A stretch of 64,000 nucleotides of DNA. Source: an uncultured Planctomycetales bacterium (GTDB taxonomy: Bacteria; Planctomycetota; Phycisphaerae; UBA1845; PWPN01). Both the position numbers and the translations under genes were made by a program. The DNA lies in contig CAZPIO010000004.1 of NCBI GenBank assembly GCA_964586235.1, positions 8,402 through 72,401 on the forward strand. Direction: 5' to 3'. Below the pieces are notes generated by a model that saw only the letters and a list, made by a program, of their open reading frames with translations, was not told the origin of the DNA and searched no databases. Positions 35,054-44,369 of the stretch are shown here, in pieces (within the stretch, counting starts at the first letter, position 1; every line of letters begins with the position of its first letter).

Positions 35054-37069
35054 TCAATCCGGGTGGGTGCCTGGGCCCTTCTGCTTCTTTGCCGCCCGCA
35101 GTTCTTCCAGGTGCTCATCGATGAGCTTGAGTGCCTTGTCGGCGTCAGCCTTGTAGTCCACGCATCTCGCCATCGCCGCCCGGATGTCGTCGATTGCCTT
35201 CTGCATCAGGTCGAGTCCGGCCGCGCTTCGCCGCGAAGCCCCGGGCCGATACCGCTCGATTCGCTCTTCGATCTGCCCGAGACGAGCCATGTCTCCCTTG
35301 CCGTCGGCCAGCGTCTTGAACGAGCGGATCGTCGCGGCCGTGGCGGTCAACAGCCACTCCTTGTCCGCTTTGCGGGGAGTCGTCCAGATATCGTCGATGA
35401 TGGCCGGCAGGCTGGCGTTCGGCTGCAATTCCTCGCCGATTGAGTGGGTCAGCTCGATGTAATGGGCCTGGTTGAACCGGCGGAAGAACAACAGGTCATC
35501 GGCCATCTCCAGCGGCACCTCGGCCGAGAAATGCTCCCGGTGCAAACGCTCGAGAAGGGTCTTCTGGTCTATCTGAGGATCCCAGGTGAACTCGCGATAC
35601 AGAAACTGCGTGAGGCAGAACGGGATCAGACGGACCGGGAATGGAATCATCTTGGTGCCGTAGATCGAGCGGGTGGAGAAGCCCGGCTCATAGGCGGGCA
35701 GGTAGCCGTGTAACCCTTCGGCCACCGTCTGCTTGACCCGTGCCTGCATGTGTTCCGGCGCCATCTGGTAGTAGGCATCCCAATGATAGATGCGGTCGGA
35801 GAAGTAGGTCAGCGGCTTTTCCGTCCCGTCGGCCGCCGGCAGCTTCCAGCTCATCCGAACCTCGAGCCACTCCATTCGCGGGTCGCGCCCCATTTCGCGA
35901 ATGCGCTCGTAGTACTTCGGATCGTCCTTGTGGTTCGCATAGCCGATCAGCCAGATGAGTTTAGTCTTCGGGTGCTTCTTCCAGACGGTCTCGGTGAGCC
36001 GGGCCAGGAAGTCGAGTTCGGACTGTCCGAACTGCTTCGAGCCACGTTCGTCAAGCGGCTTCTGGCAGGTCGGGCACTTGCAGTCACCCAGCTCGTCGCG
36101 GATCTCGAGCATGTAGCCGTCGGCCTTCGGAAACACCTCGATCATCTCAGCAAGGTAATCGAGCGTGACGCGCTGGGCGGTCGGATTCGAAGGGCAGAGA
36201 TTCCGCCCGGTGTGATCGACGGCCTCGGGATAACGTTTCGCGAAACCCTCACCGGCCGCGAACCACGCGAACACGCCCGATCCGAAGAAGAACTCCATAC
36301 CTCGGTCGTGGGCGAAGCCGATCAGCCGCTGGATGTCGTCGGTCGTGAGCCGAACACCTTCGTAGTGCTGCCCCGGCTTGTTGAGAAACGCTTCCGGATG
36401 AGTCTGTGATCGAAACAGGCCGTCCATCCAGAACATGACCCGGTTCATGCCGGCCTCGGACATGGAGTCAATCGCGGCCTCCCAGGCGGCACGGTCATAG
36501 CGGGGGGCTGAGTTCCAGCACGTCAGACAGTACGTCCCCCGCGCCGATAGCGCCGGCTGGCGCCTGATGTCGCACATGCGGGCAAAGACGCCTCCGGTCG
36601 GGGTGCAGGTGACAACCTGGGCGAGCGCCTCCTGCACGCCGTAGAGCACCCCGCGGGCGTCCTTCCCCGCAATGAGGAGGCAAGGATGGCCCTCGACCGT
36701 CAGTGTACGCACCAGGAAACCTTCGGGAGCGAGCTTATCCAGCCCGAGCGCGGCCTGCTCGGCGACGCCGGCCAGGACGGCGTTTGTCGCACTGGTTCCG
36801 ATGAGGACCACGGGCCCGGCCTTCGGAAGCGCGTCGGTGATCGCAGGGGCCGTGCCGCCGTCGTGGCGGACACCCTCCACGAACGTGTTGACCGCCGTGC
36901 GAATGACCGCATCAGCCAATGGATCAGCGACGATCACGGCCCTGGGGAGCCCGCGGCTGACGAGGAGCACCGTGCCCTTCTCGTTCGCAGGTTGAGAGAA
37001 TGCGGCCGTGCACATCCACACGGCGAGGACCATGGATAACGACCAGGTGCTTCGGGATGTGATGCTCAT
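35054..37069 (-). CDS. Secreted unassigned glycoside hydrolase-like protein (GH20/GH67-like N-domain plus TIM barrel)
   Basis: Signal peptide, GPVVLIGT, EGFLVRT, IAGKDARGVLYGVQ, RGTYC, GMNRVMFW and LCPSNP. Start taken at the ATG at 37069. Confidence 0.7.
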   Translation of the reverse strand: MSITSRSTWSLSMVLAVWMCTAAFSQPANEKGTVLLVSRGLPRAVIVADPLADAVIRTAVNTFVEGVRHDGGTAPAITDALPKAGPVVLIGTSATNAVLAGVAEQAALGLDKLAPEGFLVRTLTVEGHPCLLIAGKDARGVLYGVQEALAQVVTCTPTGGVFARMCDIRRQPALSARGTYCLTCWNSAPRYDRAAWEAAIDSMSEAGMNRVMFWMDGLFRSQTHPEAFLNKPGQHYEGVRLTTDDIQRLIGFAHDRGMEFFFGSGVFAWFAAGEGFAKRYPEAVDHTGRNLCPSNPTAQRVTLDYLAEMIEVFPKADGYMLEIRDELGDCKCPTCQKPLDERGSKQFGQSELDFLARLTETVWKKHPKTKLIWLIGYANHKDDPKYYERIREMGRDPRMEWLEVRMSWKLPAADGTEKPLTYFSDRIYHWDAYYQMAPEHMQARVKQTVAEGLHGYLPAYEPGFSTRSIYGTKMIPFPVRLIPFCLTQFLYREFTWDPQIDQKTLLERLHREHFSAEVPLEMADDLLFFRRFNQAHYIELTHSIGEELQPNASLPAIIDDIWTTPRKADKEWLLTATAATIRSFKTLADGKGDMARLGQIEERIERYRPGASRRSAAGLDLMQKAIDDIRAAMARCVDYKADADKALKLIDEHLEELRAAKKQKGPGTHPD

Positions 37070-37220
37070 CGGAAAAACCCTCTGCCGGTCAACGCAACCG
37101 AGACGCCTGACGCGTTGGCCCAGCTTAAGCCGTGCGTTGCTGGCATTCAAGCCGGAACGGTCATCATGCGAGGCACGCATAACGGCCTCGATGGTCGCTC
37201 GCCTGGCCGTGTCAAACCGG

Positions 37221-38555
37221 TCACGACGGAAAGACCCAGGGCGAGCGATAGGGCGGTGCCGTCAGTCGATCCGCCTCGGTGATGTCCCTGATCGTCTCGG
37301 TTCTGCTGTCCCAGATGACCTTTCGCTCCGTTCGATAGGCGACGTTCGCCAGATGGCCGGGGATGGTGGAGCGATGACCGGTCAGGAGATCCGTGCCTTC
37401 GGGCAACTTGCGGTTCCTGACCGCGTCGACGAACGATCGCTGGTGGGGGCCTTCTACCACGGACCCCTTTTTCTCGATCGCGAGCGCTCGCACGACCTTG
37501 CGTTTGACGGGGTCATAAGCGTCGACGGGCTCAGGGATGACCTCCCAGCGGTCGCGATTGACCACCAGCGTGCCTTTCTCGCCGAAAAACGCATTGCCGT
37601 ACCACATTCCCTCGAACGGCAAACCGTTGCCGTGTCGATACGAGTAAATGGAGATGAAGCCGGGGTACTCGTAAACCGCTTCGAACGTGTCGGGATGCTC
37701 GGTGTTGTCCTGCCGTGCGAACTTGCCACCGGAGGCGACCGCCGACAGTGGGGCGTCCACGTTCATCGCCCAGTGGACGACATCGTGCATGTGCACCGCC
37801 CAGTCGCACTGCCAGCCGCCGCCGTAATCCCAGAAGAAGTGAAACGCATGGTAGCGGTTGGGGTTGTAGGACCTCTTGGGGGCCGGCCCCAGCCAGAGAT
37901 CCCAATCAAGGTCGCCCGGAGGCTTCTGGTCCGGTGGATTTCCGTAACCCTCCGGCGCCTGGTTCTCGAAGTTCCACGACCGCACCTCGCTGATCTTGCC
38001 GAGTTGCCCCGAGCGGATGTACCCCACGGCCTCCTGGTAGCTGGCCATGCTTCGCTGTTGCGTGCCGAACATCGCAAGGCGGCCGGACTTTCGAACGATC
38101 TCGACGATGATTCTGCCTTCCGCGATGGTTAAGGCCAGCGGCTTCTCCACGTAAACATTCTTGCCGGCCAGACAGGCATGACAGGCTGCCAGGCACTTCC
38201 AGTGCTCGGGCGTGGCGATGACCACAGCGTCAACTTCCGGCCGATCGAGCAGCTTCTGGTAATTCTGATAGACCTCCGGCCGTGCACCCCCGGTTTGTTC
38301 GACCAGTTGGGCGGCCGCTCCTGCCCGGTTCAGTGACACATCGCAGACCGCCGTGATCCGGGCATGGGGATGTTCGAGGAACGCGGGGATCAACTGCCTG
38401 CGTCGATTGCCGCATCCGATCAGGCCGAGATTCACAAGTTCATTGGCCCCGCGAGTTGCCGGGCTCTGGCCCAGAGCCGCTGCCATCGCCTGAAGCGAAC
38501 CGGCGAACGCTACCGACCTGCCCGCTTGTTTCACGAGTTCTCGACGTGTCAACAT
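37221..38555 (-). CDS. Tat-exported Gfo/Idh/MocA family oxidoreductase
   Basis: TRRELVK, LIGCGNR, ATPEHW, YVEKP, GTQQRS and DWAVHMHD. AAAGGA RBS. Confidence 0.92.
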   Translation of the reverse strand: MLTRRELVKQAGRSVAFAGSLQAMAAALGQSPATRGANELVNLGLIGCGNRRRQLIPAFLEHPHARITAVCDVSLNRAGAAAQLVEQTGGARPEVYQNYQKLLDRPEVDAVVIATPEHWKCLAACHACLAGKNVYVEKPLALTIAEGRIIVEIVRKSGRLAMFGTQQRSMASYQEAVGYIRSGQLGKISEVRSWNFENQAPEGYGNPPDQKPPGDLDWDLWLGPAPKRSYNPNRYHAFHFFWDYGGGWQCDWAVHMHDVVHWAMNVDAPLSAVASGGKFARQDNTEHPDTFEAVYEYPGFISIYSYRHGNGLPFEGMWYGNAFFGEKGTLVVNRDRWEVIPEPVDAYDPVKRKVVRALAIEKKGSVVEGPHQRSFVDAVRNRKLPEGTDLLTGHRSTIPGHLANVAYRTERKVIWDSRTETIRDITEADRLTAPPYRSPWVFPS

Positions 38556-38747
38556 GATGAGCCGTGTCCTTTCGTCAGAGTGCGGCACCATTACAGACCG
38601 ATCAACTCATTCTGGCAAGCGGCGCGACGCGTCCCATTCTGGACGACCTTCGGCTGCCGTCGTATGCTGCCACAGACGAGCAACGGTCCTCGCTGACCTG
38701 GCGGAAAGCCTGTTCCGCAGAGGGCCGCGCAGTCTGGAGATGCCGTA

Positions 38748-40112
38748 GTGAATCACAGGAAGCAGTGCGTGAGGCAAGGCGGGGCGATTCGGGTGGGTCG
38801 GGCAACGGCTTCGCGACTCGCGATCCTTGCGGTAATGGCTGTCGTCTCGCAGCTTTCTGAGGGCAGCAGGGCAGGCGAGACACGGCCGGCCCCGCGTGAC
38901 GCCGCTTTTCTGAAACGCGAGCGGCGAACCCCTCTGGCACCCGCGCCCCGCGTGTCCGATGTCACCCACACCATCCTTCATTATGACAAAAGCACGTACT
39001 GCGGGCATCCACGAATGGTGGCCTTCGAGTACTTCGGCGGCGGGGAGATTGTCGTCGGGCACTTCCACGCCCCCTGCAAGTACCAGGAGTACGCCGACGT
39101 TCGTCACGTGAACTACCAGTCACGGGCTGTATGCCTTCTTCAGCGATCGACTGACGGCGGAAAGACCTGGCCCAAGGAGAATGATATCGTCGTCTACGAC
39201 CGGACCGTCTCTGCCGAGCGGGAGAACGCGTTTCTCAACCAGCCGAACGCTCCTCGCGAACACTACGACATGTTCCGGCCGGGGTCCATGTTCTTCTCGC
39301 AGAACACCACCGAGCTTCGTGACAAGTCCTTCTGTTTCTTTCTTCGCTCACCGGACAAGGGGCACACCTGGGAGAAAGTGCCGACCGTTCTGACTCACCC
39401 TCGCGGCAACAGGTTCATGCTGCATCGCCATGACACGCCAATCATCCGCATGCCGGACCGCAAGACGCTGCTGGGGGCCTTCCAGATGTGCGATCCGGAC
39501 CGACAGGGGCCGAGCGAGGGAGACCCGGCTGTTTTCTCGAGCACCGACAACGGGCTGTCCTGGCAATTCCTCAGCCGGCCGATCGCGGACCTCTCGAGTA
39601 CGGGCGTTTTCGCTTACACGACGCTCCTGCTGTTGCCCGACGGCGAGCTTCAATGCTACGTCCTGCACATCGACCGCAAGAGCGAGGTGGTTGACGGCTT
39701 GCACTGCGCTATCGCAATGTGTGTCTCGAAGGATGGCGGCAGGGCGTGGGGCGAGGCGGTTCCCATCGTCGGCAAGGGCGGAGGCTGCTGGAAGCACCCC
39801 GGCACTGAGGGCGTGATCTATCGATCGCCCTGGCCGATCCTGCTCAAGGATGGCCGTATCCTGGTCCTGTTCGCCCGGCGGAGGATGCCCGGCGGGATCG
39901 GCGGGGTGGTCAGTTCCGACCAGGGCCGGACATGGAGCGAGGAATTCGTCCTTCGCGACGACGGCAAGTGGTGGGATCTCGGCTATCCGGTCGGCTGCCA
40001 ACTCGAGGACGGCCGCATCTTCACTGCCTACTACTTCAACATGCAGGATGGCAACGGACAGGGCGGCACGCGTCACATCGCCGCTACCTCGTTCCGGCTG
40101 GAGCAACAATGA
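38748..40112 (+). CDS. Asp-box (BNR) sialidase/exo-alpha-ulosonidase-like protein
   Basis: Five Asp-boxes (STDGGKTW, SPDKGHTW, STDNGLSW, SKDGGRAW, SSDQGRTW) and a C-terminal DLGYP. Hydrophobic signal region present. Confidence 0.8.
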   Translation: MNHRKQCVRQGGAIRVGRATASRLAILAVMAVVSQLSEGSRAGETRPAPRDAAFLKRERRTPLAPAPRVSDVTHTILHYDKSTYCGHPRMVAFEYFGGGEIVVGHFHAPCKYQEYADVRHVNYQSRAVCLLQRSTDGGKTWPKENDIVVYDRTVSAERENAFLNQPNAPREHYDMFRPGSMFFSQNTTELRDKSFCFFLRSPDKGHTWEKVPTVLTHPRGNRFMLHRHDTPIIRMPDRKTLLGAFQMCDPDRQGPSEGDPAVFSSTDNGLSWQFLSRPIADLSSTGVFAYTTLLLLPDGELQCYVLHIDRKSEVVDGLHCAIAMCVSKDGGRAWGEAVPIVGKGGGCWKHPGTEGVIYRSPWPILLKDGRILVLFARRRMPGGIGGVVSSDQGRTWSEEFVLRDDGKWWDLGYPVGCQLEDGRIFTAYYFNMQDGNGQGGTRHIAATSFRLEQQ

Positions 40113-42232
40113 GGAAGTGCAGAGGATCCTTGTCGATAGGGGTCATTTTGGCGTGCTGGTGTCCGATGATCGCTGCAGCGGCCGATCTGAGCTCCGAGCA
40201 GATGAACCGCATCATCGCCCGAGGGGACATCCATCGCATGCATGGGCCGCAGTCCAAGCAGGATTGGCTCGTCCTCTACCAGGGCAACGGCCGGTTCGGT
40301 TCCTGCTTCGGACCCTGGGGACTGCACGTCTCCCCGGCGAAGGCTCCTGATTATCAACTGATCGGCGTGACCCGCTTCACTCATCTCAAGCACTTCGTAC
40401 GAGCCAAATACAACGCCGACTACCTGCTGCCCCTGGCTTCGATCTATTGGGACGCCGAGCCGCAGGCCGTCAAGGCATACGAACAGCATCAAACGTTCTA
40501 CGACGGGACCATCCTGACCCGTTTCACAACCGACGCGTATAACGTGGAGGTCTTGAGCTGGTTCGATCCGGTGGATCGCGACGTTGCCGGCTTTCGGATC
40601 GACGCGCAAGGCCGCTGCCCGTCGATCACGGTGGCCCCGTTCCGCGACCTGACCGTGCATTACCAGCAGCAAATGCGGCAGTCATTTGACGGCGAAATCC
40701 AGGGCGATATGTGGCAGGCATCGCTGCGTTGTCTGAGCAGGCAGACGCCTTTCTCGGTCAAGACTGGCGCCGGGATGCAGGCCGTCGCGGAAGGCGTCCG
40801 ATTGAGCCTCAGGCCCGGCCGCAACTACATCCTGGTCGCCGCAGGCGACCGGATCGCCAAATCGGGCGAGGAGTCCCTTCGCCAGACGCTTGACTGGTGG
40901 CACACCACGTGGGATGGCAGCGGCTGGCTTGATCTGCCGGACGACGTGGCTCAGAGGGTTTGGGTGCGGTCGCTCACTTACACGTTCTACTCGCACAATG
41001 ACGACGGCGTCGGTTGCTCGCCGCCGACCGGCCTGGCTGGCAACGGCTGGCCGTTCCCCTTCCCGTTCGACTCCGGGTGCCGCCATCCGCTCTTGCTCTG
41101 GACCGGGCACATCGACGCGGCCCGAAAGTGGGTGGAGTTCTGGTCCAGTCGGTCCGAGGGTCTGTACAAATACACGCGTCGGATCTGGCACCGCGACGGA
41201 ACCATGCTGCCCCACGTATTCCCCTACGGGTCCGCGGAGGACTATCACCTGCCTGAGCCGCCAAACGTCAATTACTATCCCGTCTACCTGGCCGGGCACC
41301 TCGCCCGCATGGCCCATCAGACGGCCGTCATGGTGAACGACCCGCAGTGGACCCGGACGTATGCCGCCCCCCTCATCGAAGGCGCCGCACGGTTCTATCT
41401 TGATATCGCGAAAAAGGGTGAAGACGGCTTGTGGCATTTCACCGTGGTCCCGTCGATTGGCCTGGACGAAGACGGCGGCGTCGACCAGCCCGACTACATC
41501 TGCACTCTGGTCAGCGCCGACTACGCTTTCCATCGGGCGATCGAGTACGGTCTGGACAAGGATGGCCGGATGGCGACGATTCTTCGCGAAGGAATCGCAT
41601 ACAAGGCCCTTCTCTCCGATCGCGGCATCTACTACGCGAATCTTGGGACCGGCGCGAAAGACTGGAGCCACCAGAAGCATCCGGACCAGCTCAGTGCCCT
41701 GGTTCATCTTCCACTCGGCCCCGCCCCGGATGCCCCGACCGGACGAAGCCACGAATTCCGTTATGAGATCACCGCCGGCGCGAACAAACCCGCATTCATC
41801 GGCCATACCCTCGGTGAGATCATTCTTTCAAGTGCGAGGATGCAGAACGCCGATGCCTGGCGCCAGGACTGGGCCAAGGTCCAGCCGTCAAAATACGCAG
41901 ACCCGGACTGGATCCAGTTCTACGAGTCCAGCGGTAGCAATCTCCGCTACTACGTGACCACACATGGGCTTTTCGCCCAGGCGATCCTCGAGACGGTCGT
42001 TTCAACCTGGTGGGAGCGCCTGGATCTGGCTCCGTGCGTCCCCTGGCCGGGCAAAGTGCGATTCGGCAACCTGCGCACCCTGCTGGGGGTCACTGTCTGG
42101 GGCGAAGTGACCGACGGTCGGGGGACGGCCGAACTGGTGGCGTGGAAGGACACGACCGTTCTCCTTCGTGATCGCAAGATCACGCTCAAGAAGGGCGAAA
42201 GGATCATCATCGAGTTGACTCCGCCTCGCTAA
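40109..42232 (+). CDS. Glycoside hydrolase, GH95/GH65-like (alpha/alpha)6 fold
   Basis: Signal peptide, LYQGNGRFG, GLDE, HQKHPDQL and FYES, plus a C-terminal FGNLRT beta domain. The ATG overlaps the upstream stop (ATGA). Confidence 0.6.
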   Translation: MRKCRGSLSIGVILACWCPMIAAAADLSSEQMNRIIARGDIHRMHGPQSKQDWLVLYQGNGRFGSCFGPWGLHVSPAKAPDYQLIGVTRFTHLKHFVRAKYNADYLLPLASIYWDAEPQAVKAYEQHQTFYDGTILTRFTTDAYNVEVLSWFDPVDRDVAGFRIDAQGRCPSITVAPFRDLTVHYQQQMRQSFDGEIQGDMWQASLRCLSRQTPFSVKTGAGMQAVAEGVRLSLRPGRNYILVAAGDRIAKSGEESLRQTLDWWHTTWDGSGWLDLPDDVAQRVWVRSLTYTFYSHNDDGVGCSPPTGLAGNGWPFPFPFDSGCRHPLLLWTGHIDAARKWVEFWSSRSEGLYKYTRRIWHRDGTMLPHVFPYGSAEDYHLPEPPNVNYYPVYLAGHLARMAHQTAVMVNDPQWTRTYAAPLIEGAARFYLDIAKKGEDGLWHFTVVPSIGLDEDGGVDQPDYICTLVSADYAFHRAIEYGLDKDGRMATILREGIAYKALLSDRGIYYANLGTGAKDWSHQKHPDQLSALVHLPLGPAPDAPTGRSHEFRYEITAGANKPAFIGHTLGEIILSSARMQNADAWRQDWAKVQPSKYADPDWIQFYESSGSNLRYYVTTHGLFAQAILETVVSTWWERLDLAPCVPWPGKVRFGNLRTLLGVTVWGEVTDGRGTAELVAWKDTTVLLRDRKITLKKGERIIIELTPPR

Positions 42233-42351
42233 TCGCCGATGGCTCCTGGTTTGGTCAACCGCGCGCCCGGGGTCTTCCACTTGTTGAGGCTCGGCTTTGG
42301 TGGCATCCTATGAGATCGGCCTGGAACGCCGAGCTGCTTTGGAGCGCAAGA

Positions 42352-43233
42352 ATGAGAATTCAGGGACCGGTTTTTGCGATGGTCACGCCGTTCGATGCCG
42401 GAGGAGACGTTGACTTCGGCGCTCTCGATGACTACCTGCGGTTTCTCAGCGAGCACGGCGTACGGAACATCGCCGTCAATGGGACAACCGGCGAATTCGC
42501 CTCGCTGACCCTGCCGGAGCGCATGCTGATGGTCGAGCGCTGCCGGAAGGCATTCAACGGCACGATCGTTAACCACATCAGCTCTTGCAGCAGCCGCGAC
42601 TGCCGGATGCTGCTCGACCATTCCCGTGATCATGCCGACGCCGTTCTGCTCCTGCCGCCGTTCTACTATGCGAACGTCGAAGAAGCCGGATGCCTGGCGT
42701 TCATGAGGGAGGTGCTTGCTCAGAACACGATGCCGGCGTTTCTGTACAACTTCCCCGAGCACACGCAGTTCCGGATCAGTCCCGAGATGCTCCGGCTGCT
42801 GTCGGCGGAGTTCGAGTCTCTCGTCGGGATCAAGGATTCGGGCGGGGACCTTCGAGTATCGAGGGCCTACAAGCAAGCCGCACCGCGCCTGCAAGTGTTT
42901 GTGGGCAGCGATCGGTGGGCTCTGGAGGTTCTGAAGATGGGCCTGGACGGCTCGGTAACCGGATGCGGCAATCCCGTGCCCGAGTTCCCGGCGGCCCTGC
43001 ATGCCCGGTTCGTTTCGGGCGACGTTGAGGCGGCCGCCCGCGCGCAGCAGGCATTCGACCGCTGGACTGACTTCCGTGAGGCTCTGCCGATCAATCATTT
43101 GTCGGTCACCAAGGCTGGTCTGGCGGCTCGCATCCCGAATTTTCCTCCCTATGTCCGGCCTCCGTTCGTGACCGCCGACCCGGCGAGCATCGAGCGTGTT
43201 CGTGAGGCTCTGAAGGAGATGGGTCTTGATTGA
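42352..43233 (+). CDS. DapA/NanA-family class I aldolase, probably for a 2-keto-3-deoxy sugar acid
   Basis: AMVTPF, NGTTGE, PPFYY, LYNFPEHT and the Schiff-base motif GIKDS. The DHDPS Arg of YNVPxRT is missing. Confidence 0.88.
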   Translation: MRIQGPVFAMVTPFDAGGDVDFGALDDYLRFLSEHGVRNIAVNGTTGEFASLTLPERMLMVERCRKAFNGTIVNHISSCSSRDCRMLLDHSRDHADAVLLLPPFYYANVEEAGCLAFMREVLAQNTMPAFLYNFPEHTQFRISPEMLRLLSAEFESLVGIKDSGGDLRVSRAYKQAAPRLQVFVGSDRWALEVLKMGLDGSVTGCGNPVPEFPAALHARFVSGDVEAAARAQQAFDRWTDFREALPINHLSVTKAGLAARIPNFPPYVRPPFVTADPASIERVREALKEMGLD

Positions 43234-44317
43234 CCGCGTCGAGCGACTCCCTCGCCCGGACCCCGATGTCAGCCGCTTGACGGCCGTTATGCGGCGGCAG
43301 CGGCCGGATCGTGTGCCCCTTCTGGAGCTGAAGCTCGACGAGGAGGTGCGAAGCGCACTGGCCGGCGAGCCCCTGGTGCCGTGGTGGACGGGCGCACCGG
43401 CCGATCAGCGACGGCATGCGGTGCGGCAATTCGTGAAGCTGATGCACCGGCTGGGCTACGATGCATTCTGGGTCCCCACGAACGTGCCGTTCGTTTTTCA
43501 GACGGACGCGACCGTGGACACCGCGCTGCTGAATCGCGGTGAACGCAGATGGCAGAGCGAGCACGGTGGTCCTATCCAGTCGCTGCACGATCTCGAGCGG
43601 TATCCCTGGCCGAAGCTCTCGGACATCGATTTTGGCCCGGCCGAGGAGATTGCCCGCGTCCTTCCCGACGGCATGGGCTGCATCGGCTTCTGTAACGGTG
43701 TCTTCGAGTGGAGCAGTTGGCTCATGGGCCTGGAATCGTTCGCCCTGGCCCTGCACGACCAGCCCGTTCTCGTGCGAGAGGTGGTGGATCGTGTCGGCAG
43801 CTTCATCTATCAGGTCTATGGGGTCTGGGTGCAGCGCGAGGAGATGGTCGCACTCTGGAGCGGTGATGACATGGGCTTCAAAACGGGCACGCTCATCGCC
43901 CCGGATCACCTGCGCGAACACATCCTCCCCTGGCACAGGCGTTACGCTGAGTTGGCCCACCGCCACGGCAAGGCCTACATCCTGCATTCCTGCGGTAATC
44001 TCCGTGCGATCATGCCGGACCTGGCAGATGATGTGAGGATCGACGCCAAGCACAGCTTTGAGGATGTGATCGAGCCCGTCGAGGAGTTCCACCGGCAGTG
44101 GAGCGGTCGCGTGGCGGCTGTCGGCGGGGTGGACGTCGACCTGCTGGCCCGCGGAAGCGAGGAGGCCGTTATGCGCAGGACGCGGCAGATCCTCGAAGCG
44201 TGTGCACCACGGGGCGGGTACGCCGCCGGTTCGGGCAACACCGTGACCAACTACGTGCCCGTCGACAACTATCTGGCCATGGTCGAAACGATTCACCGAT
44301 TCAACGGCCGGCTGTAG
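43226..44317 (+). CDS. Uroporphyrinogen decarboxylase (URO-D/MtaA) superfamily protein
   Basis: RPDRVP, GDDMGFKTG, ILHSCGN, GGVDVD and GGYAAGSGNTV. TTG start with an AAGGAG RBS overlapping the aldolase end. Confidence 0.85.
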   Translation: MIDRVERLPRPDPDVSRLTAVMRRQRPDRVPLLELKLDEEVRSALAGEPLVPWWTGAPADQRRHAVRQFVKLMHRLGYDAFWVPTNVPFVFQTDATVDTALLNRGERRWQSEHGGPIQSLHDLERYPWPKLSDIDFGPAEEIARVLPDGMGCIGFCNGVFEWSSWLMGLESFALALHDQPVLVREVVDRVGSFIYQVYGVWVQREEMVALWSGDDMGFKTGTLIAPDHLREHILPWHRRYAELAHRHGKAYILHSCGNLRAIMPDLADDVRIDAKHSFEDVIEPVEEFHRQWSGRVAAVGGVDVDLLARGSEEAVMRRTRQILEACAPRGGYAAGSGNTVTNYVPVDNYLAMVETIHRFNGRL

Positions 44318-44369
44318 AGTGGAGTGAGGCATCGCCCAAATCGAGGCATCAAGCGGGAGGATACGACCC

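Noticed and set aside
42352-44317. Gene symbols dapA/nanA and hemE
   Set aside because: Specificity motifs do not match (YNFPEHT lacks the DHDPS Arg; no RQAGR), so only family-level calls are given.
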